Shown: piece after piece, positions 59,077-64,000 of the stretch
Numbering within the stretch: position 1 is the stretch's first letter
Layout: the number at the start of each line of letters is the position of its first letter
Origin: an uncultured Chloroflexia bacterium
GTDB lineage: Bacteria > Chloroflexota > Anaerolineae > JAAYZQ01
Direction: 5' to 3'
Assembly (NCBI GenBank): GCA_963700285.1
Contig: CAVOXA010000022.1
Coordinates: forward strand, 64,001 to 128,000
Length of the DNA: 64,000 nucleotides
Translations under genes and position numbers: made by a program
The notes under the pieces: generated by a model
What the model was told of the DNA's origin: nothing
Database searches by the model: none
The model's input: the letters and a program-made list of their open reading frames with translations, nothing else

Positions 59077-60000
59077 ATGTACGCAGTAGACGTTTCTCAC
59101 CTGGCCAAGCGCTTTGGCGACACCCAGGCCGTGGCCGACGTGTCTTTTGCCGTCGAGCGGGGCGAGGTGTTTGGCCTGCTGGGGCCCAACGGCGCCGGCA
59201 AGACGACGACCATCCGCCTGATCCTGGACATATTCAAGCCCGACGGCGGCGCGGTATCGATCCTGGGCGGGCCGATGACCGAGGAAAAGAAGGACCACAT
59301 CGGCTACATGCCCGAGGAGCGGGGCTTGTACCAGGACGCGCCCCTGGAGAACTGTCTGGTCTACCTGGCCACGCTCAAGGGGTTGTCCCAGGCGGAGGCC
59401 CGAGAGCGCCTGGCGCCCTACCTGGCGCGTTTTGACCTGGCGCAGCACAAGCGCAAGAAGGTCAAAGAGCTGAGCCGGGGCATGCAGCAGAAGGCCCAGA
59501 TCATCAGCACCGTGCTGCATGGCCCCGAGCTGGTGATCGTCGACGAACCTTTCAGCGGGCTGGACCCGGTGAACACCCAATTGGCCAGGGAGCTGATGCG
59601 CGAGCTGCGGGCCCAGGGCGTGACCATCATCATGTCCACCCACATGCTGCACCAGGTGGAGGAGCTGTGCGACCGGATCGCGCTCATCGACAACGGGCGC
59701 AACGTGCTCTATGGCGAACTGGCCCAGATCCGGCGCGACCACTCGGGACACGCGCTGCTGGTGCGGGTGGCGGGCGACCTGCCGCCGCTGGCTGGTGTGG
59801 AGACCGTGACCCCGCGCAACGGCAGCCTGTACCTGACGCTGGCGGCCGATGCCCGGCCCCAGGAGATCCTGGGGCAGCTCCTGGCCCACACCACCGTCGA
59901 GCAGTTCGAGATCGCGGTGCCGACGCTGGATGAGATATTCATTCGCACCGTCGGTCTGCCTCAGACCTCCGAGGTCGGGGAAGACCTCGGAAGAGCATGA
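59077..60000 (+). CDS. ABC-2 type exporter ATP-binding protein
   Basis: GPNGAGKTT, GYMPEERGLY, LSRGMQQK, DEPFSGLDPVN, MSTH, PTLDEIFI. Confidence 0.93.
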   Translation: MYAVDVSHLAKRFGDTQAVADVSFAVERGEVFGLLGPNGAGKTTTIRLILDIFKPDGGAVSILGGPMTEEKKDHIGYMPEERGLYQDAPLENCLVYLATLKGLSQAEARERLAPYLARFDLAQHKRKKVKELSRGMQQKAQIISTVLHGPELVIVDEPFSGLDPVNTQLARELMRELRAQGVTIIMSTHMLHQVEELCDRIALIDNGRNVLYGELAQIRRDHSGHALLVRVAGDLPPLAGVETVTPRNGSLYLTLAADARPQEILGQLLAHTTVEQFEIAVPTLDEIFIRTVGLPQTSEVGEDLGRA

Positions 60001-60011
60001 CGGGAGGCACC

Positions 60012-61208
60012 ATGTCTAAAATATGGCTGATTGCCCGCCATCACTTTCGCCAGGAGACGGGAAAGCGGACTTTTCTGCTGGTGCTGTTCAGCCTGCCGCT
60101 GTTCCTGGCCCTGACCATAGGCATGGGCTTTCTGTTCTCCAGACTGGAGCGGGAGCAGGTGGTGCTGGGTTACGTGGACCAGGCCGGACTGCTGGCGCAG
60201 ATTCCGCCGGCTGAGTCCGATGACGAGGTCCGGCTGGTGCCCTACGACGGGCGTGAAGAGGCCCGCGAGGCCCTGGAGGCCGGGCAGATCGGCGCTTTCT
60301 ATGTGCTGCCTCCGGATTTTGGGGGCCAGGCCGAGCTGGTTTATTACGAAGCGCCGCCCAACGCGGCCGTACGCCGTTTTGAGGATGCCGTGAGGCTGAA
60401 CCTGCTGGTCGGGCAGTCACCAGAGGTGGCGGCGCGGCTGATGTCCCGTCCCAGGGTGACCGTCCGGGCAGTGGAGGCCAACCGCGAGTACGCCGGCGGG
60501 GGTCCCAACGCCGGGGATTTTGTGCCCCTGGTGGCCGCGGCCATTTTTAGTTTCCTGGTACTGACGACGTCGGGCTACATGATGGCTGTGGTCGTGACAG
60601 AAAAGGAAAACAGGACCATGGAGGTGGTGATTACCTCGGTGTCGCCGGGCCAGATGATGGCCGGCAAGCTGCTGGGCGCCCTGGGCATCGCCGCCCTGCA
60701 ACTGGCGGTGTGGCTGGCCTTTCTGGTCCTGGCGCTGCTGCTGGGCCGGGTTATCCTTCACCTGGACTGGCTGCAAGGCGTGGCCGCAAGCTGGCGCAGC
60801 GTGCTTTCCATCGTGATCGTGGCCATTCCCTTTTACTTTTGCATCGCCGCGCTGATGACGCTGGTGGGCACCATGCTGTCCGACAGCCAGGAGGCCAACC
60901 AGGCCGGCGGGCTCTTTTTCATCCCGCTCTTCCTGCCCTTCTACCTGATCCTGCCGCTGGCCGCGAACCCCAACGGGCCGCTGGCGCTGGCGCTGAGCCT
61001 TTTCCCGGTGACGTCGGTGATGACCCTGGCCATACGCAGCCTGTTCATCGAGATCCCGGCCTGGCAGGTAGCGGCCGCGGCAGGCATCGCCCTGGCCTGC
61101 GGCGCGGTTCTGGTGTGGCTGACGGGTAAGGCGCTGCGCATGGGCATGTTACGCTACGGCAAGCGACTCAGGCTGCGCGAGCTCTTGGGGCGTACCGCTG
61201 TGGCTTGA
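60012..61208 (+). CDS. ABC-2 permease (NatB/YhaP-like)
   Basis: KIWLIA..., VVTEKENRTMEV.ITSV, MAGK, LSLFP.TS. Confidence 0.9.
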   Translation: MSKIWLIARHHFRQETGKRTFLLVLFSLPLFLALTIGMGFLFSRLEREQVVLGYVDQAGLLAQIPPAESDDEVRLVPYDGREEAREALEAGQIGAFYVLPPDFGGQAELVYYEAPPNAAVRRFEDAVRLNLLVGQSPEVAARLMSRPRVTVRAVEANREYAGGGPNAGDFVPLVAAAIFSFLVLTTSGYMMAVVVTEKENRTMEVVITSVSPGQMMAGKLLGALGIAALQLAVWLAFLVLALLLGRVILHLDWLQGVAASWRSVLSIVIVAIPFYFCIAALMTLVGTMLSDSQEANQAGGLFFIPLFLPFYLILPLAANPNGPLALALSLFPVTSVMTLAIRSLFIEIPAWQVAAAAGIALACGAVLVWLTGKALRMGMLRYGKRLRLRELLGRTAVA

Positions 61209-61386
61209 GGCGCCACTCGCTCAATTGCTCTTGCTGAACCACAGTCAACCGGCGGACTGTGGTCCGCCGGAAGCGAGCTATCATGCGAGCAAGCTATCAT
61301 GCAAGCGAGCTATGAATCAATTGCTCCTGCTGGACCACAGTCCAGCAGGTCGTCTGACGGAAGTTGGCTGTGTACGTGGAGGACCG

Positions 61387-62628
61387 ATGAAAAAGACATG
61401 GTTGGTGATGTGGCACGAGATCCGGGCCACACTGCGGCGAAAAACCTTTCTGATCCTGGCCCTGGGATTGCCGGTGGGGCTGGCCGTCGTGGCCTTGGTG
61501 ATGATGGCCATCAACCGGGACGCGGCGCCGGCGACGGACGCCCTGGCCGGGATGGCCGACGCCGCCAGCGCCGGGCAGGCGGCCGAGGGTTACGTCGATG
61601 AGGGCAACTTGATCCGGGTCCTGCCACCCGATATCCCCCCGGGCCGGCTCAGCGAATACGCGGACGAGGCCGCGGCGCTGGCGGGGTTGGAGGCGGGCGA
61701 GATCGAGGGCTACTATGTCCTTCCGGCCGGCTATCTGCAGAGCGGCGAAATCACCTACGTGCGGCAGGAGTACAACCCGCTGGCGGGCGGGGCCGGCGGC
61801 CAGGCGTTCGAGTGGGTGCTGGTCTACAACCTGGCCGGCGATGACGAGCTGGCCGCCCGGATCCGCCAGCCCCTGGACGTCAAGGTGACGGCGCTGGCTC
61901 CCGTCGATCCGGAGGCGGCGGAGGACAACTGGTTCGTCGCGCTCTTCCCGACCATGATGGCCCTGATCCTGTACATGGCCATCCTGATCCCCTCCAGCAC
62001 GCTGATCAGCGCCGTGACGGATGAGAAAAAGAACCGCGTCATGGAGGTGTTGCTCTCATCGCTGTCGTCGCTGCAGATCGTCAGCGGCAAGGTCCTGGCC
62101 CTGGGGCTGCTGGGCTTGCTGCAGTTGGGCCTGTGGGTGGGCGTCCTGGTCCTGGTGATGCGTTTTGGCGGGCGTCCTCTCGACATCCCGCCCGGCACCG
62201 ATGTGCCCACCGGACTGTTGGCCTGGGCCTTTGTCTATGGCCTGCTGGGCTATGCCATCTATGGCGCTCAGATGGCCGGCGTCGGGGCGCTGGCGCCCGA
62301 CGTCAAGGACAGCCGCAGCGTCACCTTTGTGGTCATGGCGCCGCTCATCGTCGTCTATATGTTCCTGGTGGTCATTGTGATGGCGCCCGACGGCCCGGTG
62401 GCCCTGTTCATGAGCTTCTTCCCCCTGACTTCGCCGGTGGCCATGATCGCCCGCATGACGCAGATCGACGTGCCCCTGTGGCAGGCGCTGCTGGCCGCGG
62501 TCCTGCAACTGCTGACCGCCATCCTGATCGTGCGCCTGGCGGCCCGTCTCTTCCGGGCCCAGTACCTGCTGTCGGGCCGGGCTTTTTCGGTGGTGGGTTT
62601 CTATCGGACGCTGCTGGGGAGGGCGTAG
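61387..62628 (+). CDS. Second ABC-2 permease (NatB/YhaP-like)
   Basis: MKKTWLVMWHE, V.DEKKNRVMEVLLSS, SGKVL, SFFPLTSP.AM..R; RBS GGAGG. Confidence 0.9.
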   Translation: MKKTWLVMWHEIRATLRRKTFLILALGLPVGLAVVALVMMAINRDAAPATDALAGMADAASAGQAAEGYVDEGNLIRVLPPDIPPGRLSEYADEAAALAGLEAGEIEGYYVLPAGYLQSGEITYVRQEYNPLAGGAGGQAFEWVLVYNLAGDDELAARIRQPLDVKVTALAPVDPEAAEDNWFVALFPTMMALILYMAILIPSSTLISAVTDEKKNRVMEVLLSSLSSLQIVSGKVLALGLLGLLQLGLWVGVLVLVMRFGGRPLDIPPGTDVPTGLLAWAFVYGLLGYAIYGAQMAGVGALAPDVKDSRSVTFVVMAPLIVVYMFLVVIVMAPDGPVALFMSFFPLTSPVAMIARMTQIDVPLWQALLAAVLQLLTAILIVRLAARLFRAQYLLSGRAFSVVGFYRTLLGRA

Positions 62629-62662
62629 AGGGGCTGTACCTCCCCATAATTGGCCAACTCAA

Positions 62663-62837
62663 AAGACTTCCGAGGTTGCGGAAAACCCCGGAAGCCTTGC
62701 CGTTTGAGCGGGCTTGACTCCCTGCTAGACCTGACAGGTCTGCCTTGGACCTGTCAGGTCTGTCTTTTTTGGTGCCGCGAACGACTCAAGTAGGGGCTGT
62801 ACCAAACCTCGGGGGTCGAAGCCAGACCCCCGAGGTC
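62663..62837. repeat. Cluster of three extragenic palindromes; the middle one is terminator-like
   Basis: AGACTTCCGAGGTT..AACCCCGGAAG; AGACCTGACAGGTC..GACCTGTCAGGTCT followed by a T-run; ACCTCGGGGGTC..GACCCCCGAGGT. Confidence 0.75.
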
Positions 62838-63244
62838 AAGTTCCGGACGCGCGAACCTCCCAGCCAGTGTCAGGTTGCCGGGAGGATCGGGTCGCCAATT
62901 GCCTGGCGTTTTGTGCTATGATGCGCTTGAGACAGTGGATGACAAAGGGCCGGCATTCGCCGGCGGCGCAGAGCCTGCCCAAGATAGGCCATCTGACCAA
63001 CAAAAGATTGGCCGGATGGCGGATGCCGTCCTGCAACATTCGTGCTAGACTGGGTTAGACTTGGCGGGGCCCGTCAGGTCTAGCGGCGTGCTGGGGGGAG
63101 ACTTTCGGGCTGCGATCGGGTTCGGGGGCTCACGGGCTGCCGGACCCGGGCGGAAGGGTTCGGGTTCCGAGAGCGTACCTGAGTAGGCCCGGCAGCAGCC
63201 GCGGCGGACCAGCGGGCAGCCCGGGCCTGAAGGGAGCCAGCAAC

Positions 63245-63451
63245 ATGCGAACGGGTGCAGAGGACCAGGAAAAGGAGAGCGGCATCGGGACCAGGATCCT
63301 CCTTGGGGCTGCCCGGGGACTGATCCTTGGTACAGCGCTGGGCGTGGCGCTGGGCGGCGTGCTGGACAGCATGGCCCTGGGTATGGCCGCCGGCGCGGGC
63401 GTCGGGATCACCATCGGACTCGCGCTTACCTTCGGGCTGGACCGCCAGTGA
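63245..63451 (+). CDS. Small glycine-zipper membrane protein
   Basis: GxxxG repeats: G..RGLILGTALGVALG..LD..ALGMAAGAGVG; RBS GGAG. Confidence 0.65.
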   Translation: MRTGAEDQEKESGIGTRILLGAARGLILGTALGVALGGVLDSMALGMAAGAGVGITIGLALTFGLDRQ

Positions 63452-63614
63452 CTGCTGGCGCCTTGCTGGTCTCTGCTCTCCCCCTGCTCGCAACCGGTCC
63501 GTGACCGGTTGCACGGTCATGGTACAGCCAGAAAGCGCTTGGTCAGGGAGCATGCCTGAGCGGGCAGAAGCCCTGGTTCTCTTGCGTAAGAGGTCGCAAC
63601 ACTGGGAGGCAAGA

Positions 63615-63824
63615 TTGGACCGAGAAAAGCATGATATGGAGCGTGGGAACGGAAACCGGATGTCCATTGGCATCTCTATGGGCATACCCATCGGGGTTGT
63701 CCTGGGCATCTTTTTTGGTGCCGCCATGGACAGCCCGGGCCAGGGTCATGCCATTGGCATCGCAGTAGGTCTGGCGATTGGCACTGCTATTGGCGCAGCG
63801 CTGGAAAGCCGAAAGAGAGGATAG
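63615..63824 (+). CDS. Second small glycine-zipper membrane protein
   Basis: GISMGIPIGVVLG...GIAVGLAIGTAIGAAL; start uncertain (TTG 63615 or ATG 63636). Confidence 0.65.
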   Translation: MDREKHDMERGNGNRMSIGISMGIPIGVVLGIFFGAAMDSPGQGHAIGIAVGLAIGTAIGAALESRKRG

Positions 63825-63836
63825 GTGAGGCGTAAG

Positions 63837-64000
63837 GTGAAGAACGTAATCGTGGTACTCTGTGTACTGGTTCTAGTGGTCGCAGCCTGCGGCCCGTCGG
63901 GCGGGGACGAGAGCCCATCGCCGGCCGTCGAACCGGCGACTGAGGCGGCGAAAGTGCCGGTCCCGGCGACCGCCGAACCGGCCGTGGAAGGGGAGCGAAC
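63837..64000 (+). CDS. Putative lipoprotein, runs off the window
   Basis: GTG start; MKNVIVVLCVLVLVVAA-C lipobox followed by a P/A/T/E-rich linker. Confidence 0.65.
   Translation, partial: MKNVIVVLCVLVLVVAACGPSGGDESPSPAVEPATEAAKVPVPATAEPAVEGER

Overview
GC-rich bacterial chromosomal window. It is most consistent with Chloroflexota (Anaerolineae-like), inferred from LPII-type sorting tails, PT-rich linkers and the palindromic repeat families. About 50 genes are recognisable: transporters, tyrosine phenol-lyase, a MarR-controlled corrinoid methyltransferase operon, a MazF/PemK TA pair, a two-component system with an ABC exporter, plsY, serine dehydratase, yigZ, an M20 hydrolase, ornithine carbamoyltransferase, a luxE/luxC-like pair, two Hsp20 genes and an ABC-2 exporter. 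Several stretches carry dense single-base frameshifts in otherwise well-conserved genes and are probably long-read consensus errors. No rRNA, tRNA, true CRISPR array or cas gene was seen. The best candidates for undescribed biology are: (1) a co-oriented six-gene locus at 22996-31727 (membrane protein, cytoplasmic M4/M36-like zinc protease, MBL hydrolase, TM0106-like nuclease, PtuA-like ATPase, PtuB-like HNH) that looks like a protease-gated defence system; (2) a ~1200-aa protein with three caspase domains (one intact, two degenerate) alternating with TPRs; (3) a REP-associated Y1 transposase next to a higher-order BIME-like array, lying between a full receptor Ser/Thr kinase and a headless paralogue with a different ectodomain; (4) a 74-bp GTAG-REP tandem array with CRISPR-like geometry. 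All family calls come from motif recognition by eye; no database searches were run.
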